NCBI GenBank assembly: GCA_951406725.2
Contig: OX597814.1
Location: forward strand, 41,478,001-41,542,000
Source: Octopus vulgaris
Taxonomy: Eukaryota
Reading direction: 5' to 3'
Length of the DNA stretch: 64,000 nt
Part shown: positions 13,286 through 28,339 of the stretch, piece after piece
Layout of the letters: each line of letters starts with the position of its first letter
How positions within the stretch are numbered: position 1 is the stretch's first letter
Translations under genes and position numbers: made by a program
The notes under the pieces: model-generated
Told to the model about the DNA's origin: nothing
The model's database searches: none
The model's input: the letters and a program-made list of their open reading frames with translations, nothing else

Positions 13286-15700
13286 TTGCCTTTGCACAGC
13301 TTCTAACGCTGGGGATGTACTAAAATGTCAGCTGTTGAACTGAGGTAACACCTCTTAATTTTCGAGCACCTTCCGTAGAATTCGAGCTGTTCCAAGCAGT
13401 GCTGTTTTAGGCAAATACTCCACTCTTATTACAGCCTCTATTTGTTCCACTTACATATCGATATTTTTGCTCACTGTTCCCAGGGCTCGAACTATTATTG
13501 TTACTGCTGCTATCTTTAACATCGACCACAACTGCAAGATAACTTGTAATATCTCTCGACATTTATTTCTTTCTTATCACATACCATGTTGTCACCTGGG
13601 CATGCAATATCTATCATTCAGCATAGTTTATCTTTCTCCATTAAGACCATGCACGGCTTACTTTTCTCCATCTCATGGTCGCACTGAATCATAAACTCCC
13701 ATATGACCTTTATATTTCTATTTTCGACGATGCCTTCATGTTAATTGTCGTACCAATTTTTTACTCTGTTAAAAGCATACTACTTTTAAAGTGTCCTATG
13801 GACAGGCGTATTGTCGTGGCGTATTTATATTCCTTCTGGGCTAGTGGTGTACATTGACTGGTAATATACCATACGGTTTCACGGTTTTTTTCCACAGATT
13901 ATGCACTGTCTGTGTCACATTTTGGGTTGAATGAACCGTGTCTAGTTATTAACTTCCTCGTCTTTCTGTCTAAATTGTTTAGTTCGTCTACTGTACATGC
14001 GATTACCCCTCCTGAATATGTAATGTGTGAGACCACCCAGGGGTTGATAACTTCAATCCTATTCCGTCCGTAAAATTTCGACATAAAGATCAGTCTCAGT
14101 CTGCGCAATTACTACACCTTCATTTTTTCTGTCAGTTCTTTCTCCAACAATTTATCTATTTCCAAAGGCCCCAAGTACTTATAGCTCGAATCTTCTATCT
14201 GCTTCAGATCCTCCCCAGACGGTATCTTTAGCCCGTCTATACATTGGATTATGTCTTTCCTCAAGACTAACACACCACACGTTCTCAGTCCGAACTCCAT
14301 TCTGATATCAACACTGAAGGTATACACCGTATCAACGAGGAAACTGACTTGGGATTCATCTTTACCGATCCGTTTTAGTGGGATCAAGCATAGTATAAAG
14401 ATCAGTGGGTACAGGCAGTCCCCTTGGAAGATGTCCCTCCTAATTTCTACTGTCCTTATACTTCTTCCGTATACTGTCCTTATACTTATGCTCATGGGGC
14501 AGTACTTCATTTTTCCAGATGTTTGTACGTTCATTTTGCGATTATTCTAGTCAATAACATCCACATTATTGGAAAAGAGGATATCGGCCTGTAATTGTCT
14601 ACCGTATTGCATTTTTTGATGTCTTTCAAGCACAGCTCTGCCCAACTTAATTTCAACCACTCTGTGGTTACTTGGTCGGCATTTAACAGGGTGTTGCGTT
14701 GCGCAGCTATTCGTGCATGATATTCATCAAATCGTTTCATCCAGTAGACTTGAACTCCATCTGATATCATGGCCTTCCAATTGCTCATGCTTTTTTTTTT
14801 TTTCACTTCCCTAACTGAACTGATTGGTTCGGTACACTCTCCATTTATTTTTTATGGAACTTTTCTGCTCTACACTAAATAACCTATTCTGGTGGTAACC
14901 CTTCATTCTTTAGTCGTATCGAAGCATCTTTCAGATCCTTTCTTTCAATATTATACTTCTTTTTCAGCGCCCTGTATTTTTGTTCGCTCCTAATCTCCGC
15001 TTTCCGTTTTCCGTCAAACAGAGATTTCCTTCGAGAGCATGACTAACCCTGTCTGTATTCTTCTTTCCCACCATGGATTTTTCTTTTGTCACTCCCATTA
15101 CGCTTCTTTCTTTTTCTTTTTTTTTTTTGACATCAACACCCACGTATTCTGCTACAACAATACTTGCTGCCTTGACATTTTGCGTTTCTTGTGTCAATAT
15201 CCATCGATCAAATTTTTCAAGGTTGCAAATAATGTCGCTATCGTTCTCTTGTAGTCTTGCCTGTATTCTGTCGTAGATTGCCTTTTGTTCATCTGTCATG
15301 TCATCATTAGATTTATTGTTTTCTCTCATCAAGTAAACTACCACTGTTCCTTAACTGTGCTATGAGATTACTCTTATTAGTAAGAACTGTATTTTCATCT
15401 TTATCTCTGCTGCTATTTTCCAAGAGTCGTATTTTTATATTTTCAATCTCTACTTCTCTGAATCAACGGTTATTTTTCTTATTGCTCTCTCTTAATCATA
15501 TGGTCTCTTTTCCATGAGTTGAAACAATCTCTTTCTCTTCAATGATCATATATACGTTGTTGGTAACGTCTAATTTGAGCACCATTTCCATTTACCGTGT
15601 TGCTCAGGTACTAACACTCCATAAACCCTGCATTAATTTTCGTGATCCATCTACGCCGTATGTGGTGGTAACTTTCTGGCTATCGACAGGCTGGAGCAGG
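13286..15700 (-). mobile_element. Decayed R4/Dong-type retrotransposon (second family), RT + RLE
   Basis: ORF fragments 14531-14806 (NYRPISSFPIMW), 14112-14534 (RRDIFQGDCLYPLIF..MEFGLRTC..YKYLG), 13899-14108 (LDRKTRK..FNPKCD); C-terminus KTALLGTARILRKVLEN* near 13358. Confidence 0.8.
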
Positions 15701-15872
15701 ACCAGAATATAAGTTTCATTACCATCATTATTCACAATATATTATTGTTTCATTGTCACTCATATGAGGTAGCGATTATTGGGTTGCACAATTACCAATG
15801 TTTTTTATTTTGTATGATACCATCACTAGATGTAACATTAATTAGTCCATGGGGTGTTTCCACCCGTTTCCT

Positions 15873-16035
<163 letters not shown>

Positions 16036-16039
16036 TATA

Positions 16040-16255
16040 TCATTATTATTCTGTGTTTGACTTTTGCTTTACATTTGTACAAGTTTGCTCCAAGTCTCAT
16101 CCAGAGACCTCAAGAGACAAGTTGGAAGTTCATGTTGGTGTTATGCCTAGTGTGCCATATATTTAGTTTTGTACTTAGTGTTGAACTAGTCAGTGTCTAA
16201 AAAAACATGCGAAAATTATGTTTGTTTTAAAACTTGAGATTACATAGAAAGTATT
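16040..16255 (-). mobile_element. Severely 5'-truncated R4-type insertion (3' UTR plus last codons)
   Basis: gaaaattatgtttgttttaaaacttgagattacatagaaagtatt matches the 3' end at 11443-11487 (ggaaattatgtttgtcttaaatttgagattacatcgacagtatc; ..ILSM*); flanked by (TAA)n on both sides. Confidence 0.65.
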
Positions 16256-16299
16256 ATGATTATTATTATTATTGTTATTATTATTATTATTATTATTAA

Positions 16300-16339
<40 letters not shown>

Positions 16340-18136
16340 AACGTCGCACAGTATATTCAGGTTGTTTTTTTAAGCTATTTTAGTGTGTCAAAAGACAAGT
16401 ACCTTTGACCGACAGTATATTTCGCGTGCATTTCTACGTAATGCCGACCTTGTGTATAGATCTATATTGTTGGGAATTTCCATGGTTTTCAGTTATTTTG
16501 CTATTTCAGATTGAGTGCTATCGAACCCAATGCACCGATGATAAAACAGATAATCTTTATGTTCGAATCTTCTAGCTGCTACATCTTAGCTATCTCAGTT
16601 CTCAGGTCTCCATATTTATCAACACTTTCTCTTTCTTTCATGATGATATGATTTCGTTCATGATGATAAGTTGATATCCTGGCACTGCTCCGTCGATTAT
16701 TTGGCACTCTTGTATATCCCTCCTAAAAGTTACTATATCCGGAATTCGGTTCTCTAGCACATTGTCTGCAAATCAAAGTCTCGGAGAATTTTGCCTTTCC
16801 ATTTCCGCCCATTACCTTTTCCGGTGTAAGTTGGTGCCAAGCACCCGTAACCTCATAACCATACTTATGGCATAGTTGGCAGTGGATGGGAATTTGGCCT
16901 ACTTTGTCGTGTCTGTACTTGTACTCTTTCTGCGGAAGCCTGTCACATGCACAGATAATATGAGTCACACTTTCGACCCTCTTCCCACACAACCTATACA
17001 GTTCCGACGCACGTGTGTGGTATATGTTCTTTTTCACTGAGTTGGATTTCAATTCCTGTTACTGGGCCGCGATGATTAGCTTTCAGTACTCTCTTTAGGT
17101 CACACTAGTTGAGCCACCTCCATGATGCACCCTGGTCTTATAATTTGTTGGTTCCTCGGTAGAAATGACCGTATAAATCCATACCAATTAGGGTTTCTTC
17201 TCTCTCCTTGGCTGTTGTTATTCGTAATTACTCAGCATTCTCTCGTCCATTTTTTTTAACTTCTTCTTCACTAGCGGAATACTATAGCAGGTCTTCTTTG
17301 CGGTTTACCAAATATTCTGCTATGTTTCTTCGTTCACTGTTGATGCACATCCTTACGCTGATCTACCCACGTTCACCCTTAACTCTCTTCACGTACAGCC
17401 TGTGTATCTCTACCTTAGGTTGGAGGGCAACAAGCATTCTCATCGCTTTTCCAGTAGTGCGATCGACTTGGTCGATCTCCGCTTGTGACCATCTCAGAAT
17501 GGGTGCACTATAACGAACTACAGCAGCGGCCCGTATGTTAATGGCAGTCACAATGTACTTTGAGCTGGTCTCTGATTTCATGTGAAGTTTGAGGCGCTTG
17601 AGATATGCAATGATGATCTTGTCTTTCATTTCTCTGTGCTACATATTGTCCAACTCCAGGATCCCGAGGTACTTGTACCCATCATCCTCCAAGTCTTCCA
17701 TTCTGTCTCTCTATTTGGTAATTCTATACCTGTTTTTCCCCACTTCAAAGCAAGCACTGCACACTTCGAGTTACCGAATTCCATCCCGATATACTTACTG
17801 CAATTTTGCAGTTTCAACCAGCCTCTACATTTCATGCTCTGTTTTTGCGAACAGTTTTACATCATCCAAGAAGAGAAGGTGCATGAGACGTGGTCCGTAC
17901 TTTCTCAGCTTATATTGGAAGTTGATTTTACGTAGGACTACAGAAAGTGGGATCAATATTACAACAAACAGCAGAGGTGAACAAGAGTCTCCTTGGAAGA
18001 TACCTCATTGATTGTTACCTCGGCTAAGTGCAGGTTGTTACAGTAAAGAGGTGTTTTCCAACTAGGCCTGTTGTTCTTAATCTGTGTACGCACGTTCCTA
18101 GCTATTCCACACATGTCGAGTGTGTCCAAAATCCAT
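16340..18136 (-). mobile_element. Decayed R4/Dong-type retrotransposon (third family), partial RT + CCHC + RLE
   Basis: Minus strand: GIFQGDSCSPLLFVVILIPL, HLLFLDDVKL (~17860-18005); ORF 17363-17629 (AINIRAAAVVRYS..DRTTGK..RLYVKRVKGERG); ORF 16723-17052 (RLCGKRVESVTHIICAC..EYKYRHDKVG). Confidence 0.82.
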
Positions 18137-18197
<61 letters not shown>

Positions 18198-18240
18198 GTT
18201 GCTGCTGCTGTTAATACAACTACTAGTACTACTACTACTG

Positions 18241-18325
<85 letters not shown>
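18137..18325. repeat. (TAC)n/(TAA)n microsatellite
   Basis: Directly visible. Confidence 0.95.
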
Positions 18326-18327
<2 letters not shown>

Positions 18328-18983
18328 CTTCCTAACAGAGTACGTAAAAACGCACCGGAGTCTTCAGTGATCTGTCAATTCTCAAAAAGGACCTCTGACA
18401 GATAATACTTTCTTTAAGATGTGTGCCGTGCCCAATAAGGCTGCTGTTTTCAAGACACCAATCTTGCATGGGATTTGCAGTTGCCTTAGTAAGTTTTGAA
18501 ACTTCAATTGGATTGAGTCCAACATTCCAATCACCACTGTAATCGCTTTCACATAACCCTCCAGCATTCCATGAGGTCTTGCCATTTTCATTTTCAGTTC
18601 GATGTAATTGGTGATATGTTCAACATCTTTAATCACAACATTCATGTCATTTGGTATGGCTACATCAATGAACTGACAGTATTTGTCTCTCTTATTCAAT
18701 ATGACAATATCCGGCCGACGTTATTCGATTACACGATACGTATGAAGATCATATTCCCAGAGTACCACTACTTTTCCGTCCTCCTGCATAACTTTACTTG
18801 GTACATGCTCATACCTGTTCTCTGTTACTTCATAATGGTATCTACGACATAAGAGCCAATGAAGATACACAAACTTCATTGTGGCGGCGCTTGTATTCTT
18901 TTTGTGCAAAAATCTCACATCTAGTTACTAAGTGGATCTCATTTTCCACACTCTTTCCACAGTGTCTACATGTTATTGATGTC
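18326..18983 (-). mobile_element. 5'-truncated R4/Dong-type fragment (CCHC + RLE)
   Basis: CRHCGKSVENEIHLVTRC..EYKRRHN; VVVLWEYDLHT; RPDIV; FIDVAIPND..KTAALLGTAHILKKVLS (ORF 18382-18699). Confidence 0.82.
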
Positions 18984-19072
<89 letters not shown>

Positions 19073-19165
19073 CATTATTATTATTATTGTTGTTGTTGTT
19101 GTTGTTGTTGTCGTCGTCGTCCTCATCATCATCATCATTATTATTATTATGTTTATTATTATTAT
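18984..19165. repeat. (TAA)n-rich compound microsatellite
   Basis: Directly visible. Confidence 0.95.
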
Positions 19166-20075
19166 TCAATTTTGCTTCCATTTCTTACCGATTTTCTTCC
19201 CTACTTCCATGAAGATACTCATTGTACATTTTCGTAGGTCATTAAAATAAACACACCAGATTGTTCCTTTACAAAGTCATGGCGTAGTAAAAAAAGGCAA
19301 AGAAAGAAAGAAGAAAAATAAATGATATTTTTTTAAAATTAAATAGAAAAATGATAAAATAAAAGAAAGGAAAGGAATCGTAGAAGAAAAGAAAATTCAC
19401 AGCAGCAATGCTTTTCTCAATATGTGTGATCTATAATCTAAAACAATATTTTGCTCTTCTTGTGTGGATAGTAAGCCAGAGATCATCCTCGCATAATTTC
19501 CAGTCACCGTTTTGGTAATTTCAATTCCTCTTACAACCACTGGTTTTAACCGTCTTAAGATGTCACAGTTTTTCTATTTAGATTATCAAATCCTTTTGAT
19601 GAGATATTATGTTATCAAGGCATTCTCGCGTTAATCGATATATATATCTTACCATTTTGGCCTCTCCAAAGAGTTTCTGTTTTTTTTAATTTTTTAACTT
19701 TGATGTTCCGATCTGTGTGAACTGGAATTTTCTCCCTCATTTACCGATTCATGGGTAATGCTTGTAACATTTGTCATCAATTTCAATTTATACTGATATA
19801 TTTACCACTGTAGATATTGACCAACAATATCCTGATTCATAGTCTATTGGTGCTAAAATTTTAAACCCAGAAATTAGGCGGTCTACTGTTTCAATCATGT
19901 CCTTGCAATTTGGGATATTTTGGGTGTACTCTATTTTTCATCACTTTTGCTTGGAAGTAGCGGGTCAATTACCTCCCATCTTGAGCAGCTAAGATAAAGC
20001 TTTTGTCTTCTGCCTTTAGCCCTCAGCTCCGTAGCCGGTGATGGATATGCTTCTGGTCTATATCACATTGTTTGC
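19166..20075 (-). mobile_element. Older copy of the R4-type family also found at 24830-25870
   Basis: 3' UTR (ttgcttccatttctt..ctcattgtacatt..tagg.cattaaa) and the actgtttcaatcatgtc / atcttgagcagc blocks align with 24840-24930 and 25535-25640. Confidence 0.7.
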
Positions 20076-20177
20076 TACGAGAAGCGTATTTGTTTGTTTG
20101 CTACGATTTTTCCCCAACAATCAGTCAATGTTTCAAACGCTTTCTACTATGCGATTGATTTCACCCTTCTGTTTTGT

Positions 20178-20321
20178 CTTCTTCTTCTTCTTCTTCTTCT
20201 TCTTCTTCTTCTTCTTCTTCTTCTTCTTCTTCTTCTTCTTCTTCTTCTTCTTCTTCTTCTTCTTCTTCTTCTTCTTCTTCTTCTTCTTCTTCGTCTTCTT
20301 CTTCTTCTTCTTCTTCTTCTT

Positions 20322-20351
<30 letters not shown>
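20178..20351. repeat. (CTT)n/(GAA)n microsatellite, ~58 units
   Basis: Directly visible; one interruption. Confidence 0.97.
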
Positions 20352-20353
<2 letters not shown>

Positions 20354-20489
20354 CATCATCATCATCATTTACTTTTGATCTGCATGTTTGATATACTTAA
20401 TCGCCGAGACAGACTCAGCGTCCGAAGGCGAGTGAAGGATAAGAGATATTATCGTATAACTGAGGAGGAGATGGAGCAGCGGTAGGAGT

Positions 20490-20785
20490 GAAAAATGTTC
20501 ATGTAGTATACACAATAACAGGAATAGTTCTCGTTTTATAATGCCACAATATTTGTATATCAATTTCCTAGTACTTATATTTACTTTGTCGAGTACTTTT
20601 ACATACATTTCTTTATCCGTTGGAACATTTATTTGTCAACAAATATTTTCTTCCTCGTATCTAATGACAATGTCAATTGCTTGGAAAGTTCTCTGGGGTT
20701 GACTGGAAAATCCCAGAGGATAGTGACTGACTCAGGATGTTGTTCGTACCAGTAAGTTGGAGATTTGATATTGCAGTATTTAAAT
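20490..20785 (-). mobile_element. Old R4-type RLE-domain fragment
   Basis: Minus strand, frameshifted: WYEQHPESVTILWDFPV..DIVIRYEEENIC..VPTDK..VKVLDK..WHYKTRTIPVIV. Confidence 0.6.
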
Positions 20786-20879
20786 ATTATTATTACGTAT
20801 TATTATTATTACACTGGGGTCGTTGTAATCGACTTATCCCTTTCTCCAGAGTTCAGGTCATGTGCATATGTATCAAGGA

Positions 20880-20949
<70 letters not shown>

Positions 20950-20954
20950 GATGT

Positions 20955-21235
20955 TTTTTTTCTTCTTTCTTCAAATTTTCTTCCGTTTCTCGCCTAGAGT
21001 TTTCCATACGCCCTGGGCAGAGAAGCTCATTGTATGCATTCCCAGATTACACGCGCAAATTCACAGATAAAATATGTATATAAAATTAATAAATAAATAA
21101 ATTCATGGATGGATGTTGTTTTCACAGCGATAATGCTCTTCTCAGTACGTGAGCCGTTCAAGTTAATACGATTTTTTTGTACTTCCTGTAGTGATGATAA
21201 GCCAGGAATAATTTTCAAATAGGTTTCTGTACCTT
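20955..21235 (-). mobile_element. Very short 3' fragment of the 24830-25870 R4-type family
   Basis: KGTETYLKIIPGLSSLQEVQK versus KGTENYMRMIPGLPSLQEVQN in ORF 24998-25591; similar 3' UTR; flanked by (TAA)n. Confidence 0.7.
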
Positions 21236-21264
21236 TATTATTATTGTTATGATTATTATTATTA

Positions 21265-21361
<97 letters not shown>

Positions 21362-24058
21362 GTATTTTTATTTTTATAGCGTGCTTTCACTTCACTACCG
21401 AGCGCAGCTCTGTGTGCCTTGGGTATGTGCTGTGATTTGTTGTGATGCTCTGATGGTTATTGTATGGAAAGTGTTCTGCGTAGGGTGTGTGCATTCCCTA
21501 GTAGTGCAATTTTCTGTATGTTATATGTGTTTGTAAGTCCTGGTGTTTTTTTATGTATTTGTCTGAATATTTTTTTATCATGCCTAATGCACCTACTATG
21601 ATAGGAATTGTTTCTGTTTTCAGATTCCACATTCTAGTTACCTCTATTTCCAGGTCTTTGTATTTTGAGAGTTTCTCCATTTCTTTTAGAGACACGTTGT
21701 CATCTGCCGGTATTGATACATCAATTAGAAAGCATTTTTTTCTTCATGATCTCTGACAACTATATCTGGTCTGTTGGCCTTAATTTCTCTATCTGTGTTT
21801 ATCGGCATATCCCAGAGTATGGTTGCTTTCTCGTTTTCTGTGACCTTTTCTGGTGTGTGCCTATACCATCTTTTTTCTGTTGTTATTCCATAATGTTGGC
21901 ATAGCTTCCAATGTATGTAGGTTCCAACTCTGTCATGTCTGTGAATATATTCCTTCTTAGCCAGGACTGGGCAGCTAGAGATAATATGATTTATTGTTTC
22001 TTGTCCATCTCCACATATTCTGCAGTTACTTGTAATATTTCTTTTCATTACATGTTTTTGGTAATTTCTGGTGGGGAGGCTTTGGTCTTGTGCTACAATT
22101 AAAAATCCCTCTGTTTCTGCTTTGAGTCCTGAGCTTCTCAACCATTGCTGGGATTTTTCTTTGTCTATATCTTTTGCGTTTAGTTTAGTCCAGTATTTAC
22201 CATGAAGGGGCTTTTCTTGCCATCGTTTTATTATGGTTCGTTGCTGTTCTATTTTTAGTTTGGATTTCATTTGTTTTATAGCTTTTGTTGTTTCTTCATC
22301 ATCTTCTTCTTCTTCTTCTTCGTGTTTATTAGGTGGTATGGTTTCTTGTTTGTATTTGTCAGCTTCCTTAAATACTGAGAACAGTTTTTTGTTTTGCTCG
22401 TGTTTTGCTGCTATCTGGATCAGTTTTCCTTCCTTCTGAAGTAGATATTTTTGCAGTCCTATGGTGGTTATTTTATAGTAGTTTTCCAGCTGTATAAGGC
22501 CTATACCACCTTCTATACGTTGTATATATAGTCATTCTATGTCAGAGTTTGGGAGATGCATCCTAGATCCTGTCAGTATTTTTCTTGTTTTCCTATCTAT
22601 TTTGGACAGTTCATTTCGTGTCCAGTTAAGGATATTGTAGCTGTAACTTATAACTGGGACAGCTAAAGTGTTGATACCTATTATCTTGTTTTTAGCATTG
22701 AGCTGTGTTTTTAGTATTGATCTAACTCGTCTATAATATTCTTTTTTTATTTTCTCTTTCATTTGTGTGTGTTGTGTCTTATCTAGTTCATGGATTCCCA
22801 AGTATTTGTAAGTTTGGCTTTGGTCTAATTCTTTTATTTCATTGATTTTATCTAGTGTGATGTTGTTACTCTTAATTAGTTTTCCTCTTTTCATGGTTAT
22901 TTTGGCGCATTTTTCTAATCCAAATTTCATATCTATGTCTTTGTTAAATCCATGAACGGTCTTTAATAGTGTTTCCAGCTGTTTGTCATTTGCAGCGTAT
23001 AGTTTTAGGTCATCTATATATAAAAGGTGGCTGATCGTTTTGCCGTAACATTTATATCCGCATCCAGTTCTATTTAGCATATCAGATAGAGGTGACAGTG
23101 CCTAGCAGAAAAGGAGTGGAGAGAGCGTGTCTCCCTGGAATATTCCTCTTCTAATGGGGATGTCTTTGGTTTTCATGAAACCCTCTTTTGTTTGGAGGTG
23201 TAGGACTGTTTGCCATTTATTCATAGAGTGCTCTAATAATTTTATGATTGTTGGTGCTACTTTGTTAATGGCTAGTGTTTCGAGGATCCATGTGTGGGGG
23301 ATGCTATCAAATGCCTTTTTGTAGTCAATCCAGGCCATACTGAGGCCTTTCTTCTTTCTGTGGCTGTCTTCAGTTACGGTTTTATTAATCATTAGTTGAT
23401 CTTTACAGCCATATGAGCCTTTGCGGCATCCTTTCTGCTCTTCTGGGAACAGTTTGTTTTCGTGCAGGTGCTTGTTCAGCCTTTGCGATATCACTGCAGT
23501 AAATGCCTTGAACATAGTAGGGAGGCAGGTTATTGGTCTGTAGTTTTCTGGTTTTGCTGTTTCATTTGATTTGGGAATTAAGATGGTTTTTCCCCTTCGT
23601 GAGCCATTCAGGCATTGTCTCTGGCTCTGCTAGTATGCTGTTAAAGTTTTCAGCCAGCTTTTTGTGCATTCCTGTTAGATATTTCAACCAGAAGTTGGGG
23701 ATCTTGTCATGCCCAGGTGCCTTCCAGTTGCTTAGTTTTTGCAGTGCCTGGGTGACCTCTTCAGTTGTTATGGGGGTCCAAAGTTGTTCAGATGCCGAAT
23801 TTGTAATTTTGATACTCCTCTTTTTTGGCTGTTCGTTCGCCGACTATATTTCTCTCCAGAATTCTTCCAATTCTTCTGCCGATGGTGCTGCAGTGACTTC
23901 TATTTTATTTTTTCGCAGTTCTTGGTAGAACTTTTTGGGGTTGGAGTTGAACTTTTTGTTCTGTTCAAAGAAGCGTTAGCGTTTCTCGTACCGGCGGATC
24001 CTTTGAGCTTTGCCAAGTATATCTTGCTTCAGCTTTTCTTTTATCTCCGGCAAATCTT
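21362..24058 (-). mobile_element. Young 5'-truncated R4/Dong-type non-LTR retrotransposon (RT, CCHC zinc knuckle, RLE endonuclease), lightly disrupted
   Basis: ORFs 23102-23515 (EQKGCRKG..WIDYKKAFDSIPH..GIFQGDTLSPLLF), 22532-23080 (HLLYIDDLKLY..MKFGLEKC..YKYLG), 21725-22270 (CRICGDGQETINHIISSC..RHD..RPDIV), 21498-21695 (EKLSKYKDL); stop at 21457-59; (TAA)n on both sides; point stops at ~23102 and ~22532. Confidence 0.93.
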
Positions 24059-24352
<294 letters not shown>

Positions 24353-24803
24353 ATTGAGTGAGAGAGCAGTACATGCCTTCAAAGGGACACTGGGTTTAAA
24401 TATACGAAGCCCAGTATACTCATCATGACTACCAGTCTGATAAGGGTACACCAGGCCCATGTCTCACAATCATATGTGCCCAACATGGTTATCTCATATC
24501 TAGATAAAGAGCGCATAACCTTGCAGGTGGGCCCCTTTAGACATGCCTTCTAGTCGAGTAGCCCATCCCGCTCGAAATGTCCCTGAATGAGGATTGTTTA
24601 AGGATTTTGAACGAACCACCCACGTTTCCAGAGGTGAACTTCAACACACGGCTATGGTGTTTCCCCACTATCTGTGCTCATGATTAGAGATGCATATATC
24701 GTCAGCCACTAAGAGACATGGTGAACTGGTTAAGGCCAAACAACTGGCAAGCAAATCTGTGGTATTGAACAGAATATTTGCTGTAGCCCATCTCTTATAC
24801 CAA
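24353..24803 (-). mobile_element. Non-coding interspersed element ending in (TAA)n on the minus strand (putative non-autonomous passenger or long 3' UTR)
   Basis: GC-richer ~450-bp block between (TAA)n tracts; minus-strand end ...gtactgctctctcactcaataa(taa)n; no RT/RLE motifs detected. Confidence 0.5.
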
Positions 24804-24829
24804 ATTATTATTATTATTATTGTTTATGG

Positions 24830-25870
24830 TATTTTCTTCTTTCAAAATTGCTTCCATTTCTTGCCGAGTGTCATCCCGACACCTAGGGCAAAAAACTCAT
24901 TGTATACATTGGTAGGCCATTAAACTAAACTCAGTATTTCGTTCGTTTTTTTTTATAGAAAAAAAGTTAAATTAAAATACATGGGGAGTAATAGTTCTCA
25001 CATCGACAATGCTCTTCTCAATACGTTTGAAGTGCCGGTTAAGACAATATTTTGCACTTCTTGCAGGGATGGTAAGCCAGGGATCATTCTCATATAATTT
25101 TCGGTTCCCTTCTTGATCATTTCTAGTGCTCCTACGATCACTGGTATTGTAACCGCCTTGAGATGCCACATTTTCTCAATTTTAATGAGCAGGTCTTTAT
25201 ATTTTCTGAGCTTGTCAAATTCTTTCGCCGATATATTATGATCACAGGGGATGCTCGTGTCGATCAATAAGCAAACTTTATTGTTTTGGTCTTTCACAAC
25301 AATATCTGGTTTATTGGCTTTGATGGTTCGGTCTGTATGTACTGGAAAGTCCCACAGAATCGTTACATTTTCTCCTTCAGTTACAGCTTCAGGTAGGTGA
25401 TTATACCACTTGTCGGCAGTTTTGATATTGTAATGCCGACTTATTAGCCAGTGTAGTAGATATTGGCCAACTCTGTCATGTCTTAATTTATACTCCACCG
25501 GTGCTAAGACTTTACATCCAGAGATTAGGTGGTCCACTGTTTCAATCATGTCGTTGCAGAATCGGAATTTTGGGTCTGCTCCATTTTTCATCGCATTGGA
25601 CTGGTAGTTCCGGGTTAATAGGCTTTGATCTTGAGCAGCCAGGATGAAAACTTCACTCTCTGCTTTTAGCCCTGGTCAACATCAGCTTGTTTTCTACGGG
25701 CCACATATTTTCCGTGCAGAGGTTTCTCCTCCCACCTATCAGCAAATTGCTCGTGCGCTTTTTCGTTGCCATTATTTTCACCTTTTTTGCAACAATAGTT
25801 GCCGTACTTCCCTCGGGTTGTTCAGTTTGTGTATCCTGCCTGCAAGAGTTCAATAGCAATTTTTTGTATT
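24830..25870 (-). mobile_element. 5'-truncated R4/Dong-type element (fourth family), CCHC-like + RLE
   Basis: ORF 24998-25591: RFCNDMIETVDHLISGC..EYKLRHDRVG..ILWDFPVHTDRTIKANKPDIVVKD..LIDTSIP..KEFDKLRKYKDL..PVIVGAL; upstream GLKAESEVFILAAQDQ. Confidence 0.9.
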
Positions 25871-27877
<2,007 letters not shown>

Positions 27878-27941
<64 letters not shown>

Positions 27942-27964
27942 GTTATTATTATTATTAGTAGTAG

Positions 27965-27999
<35 letters not shown>

Positions 28000-28036
28000 C
28001 TCTTACTATTATTATGATTATCATCATCATCATCAT
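27878..28036. repeat. (TAA)n/(ATC)n microsatellite
   Basis: Directly visible. Confidence 0.95.
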
Positions 28037-28339
28037 GACAAAAGGAAGAGCGCGTTGCGATTGAAATAGTTTGTACGATATTTCGATATCTCGCCCGTCG
28101 TTTTCAAGTTCAAAACGTAAAATGAACCCAAAATTAAAATTATCGAAATTCACATTTAAGGAGAAGATCCTGCGTTACCCCGTAGACGTTATTACATCGT
28201 CAGGTTTCAGTTATGCAACTGTCAAGCAGAAAAAAAAACGAAAAATAAAAAAGAAGGGTGAAAAAGTGAATAGAAAATTCTGTTTAAATATAATGAAATG
28301 CCTGTGTCATTCTATTCATTCCTCTAGGTTGTGATGTTA

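Noticed and set aside
12558-13306. Long poly-His/Ser/Leu/Met ORFs (and similar poly-I/Y/N/R/IY ORFs throughout the window)
   Set aside because: They are translations of tri- and dinucleotide microsatellites that happen to lack stops; there is no coding signal
28068-28115. Hammerhead-like motif at the 3' end of the Penelope remnant (minus: cttgaaaacga...tcgaaatatcgta)
   Set aside because: Core too degenerate (no CUGANGA) and stems too weak to support a call
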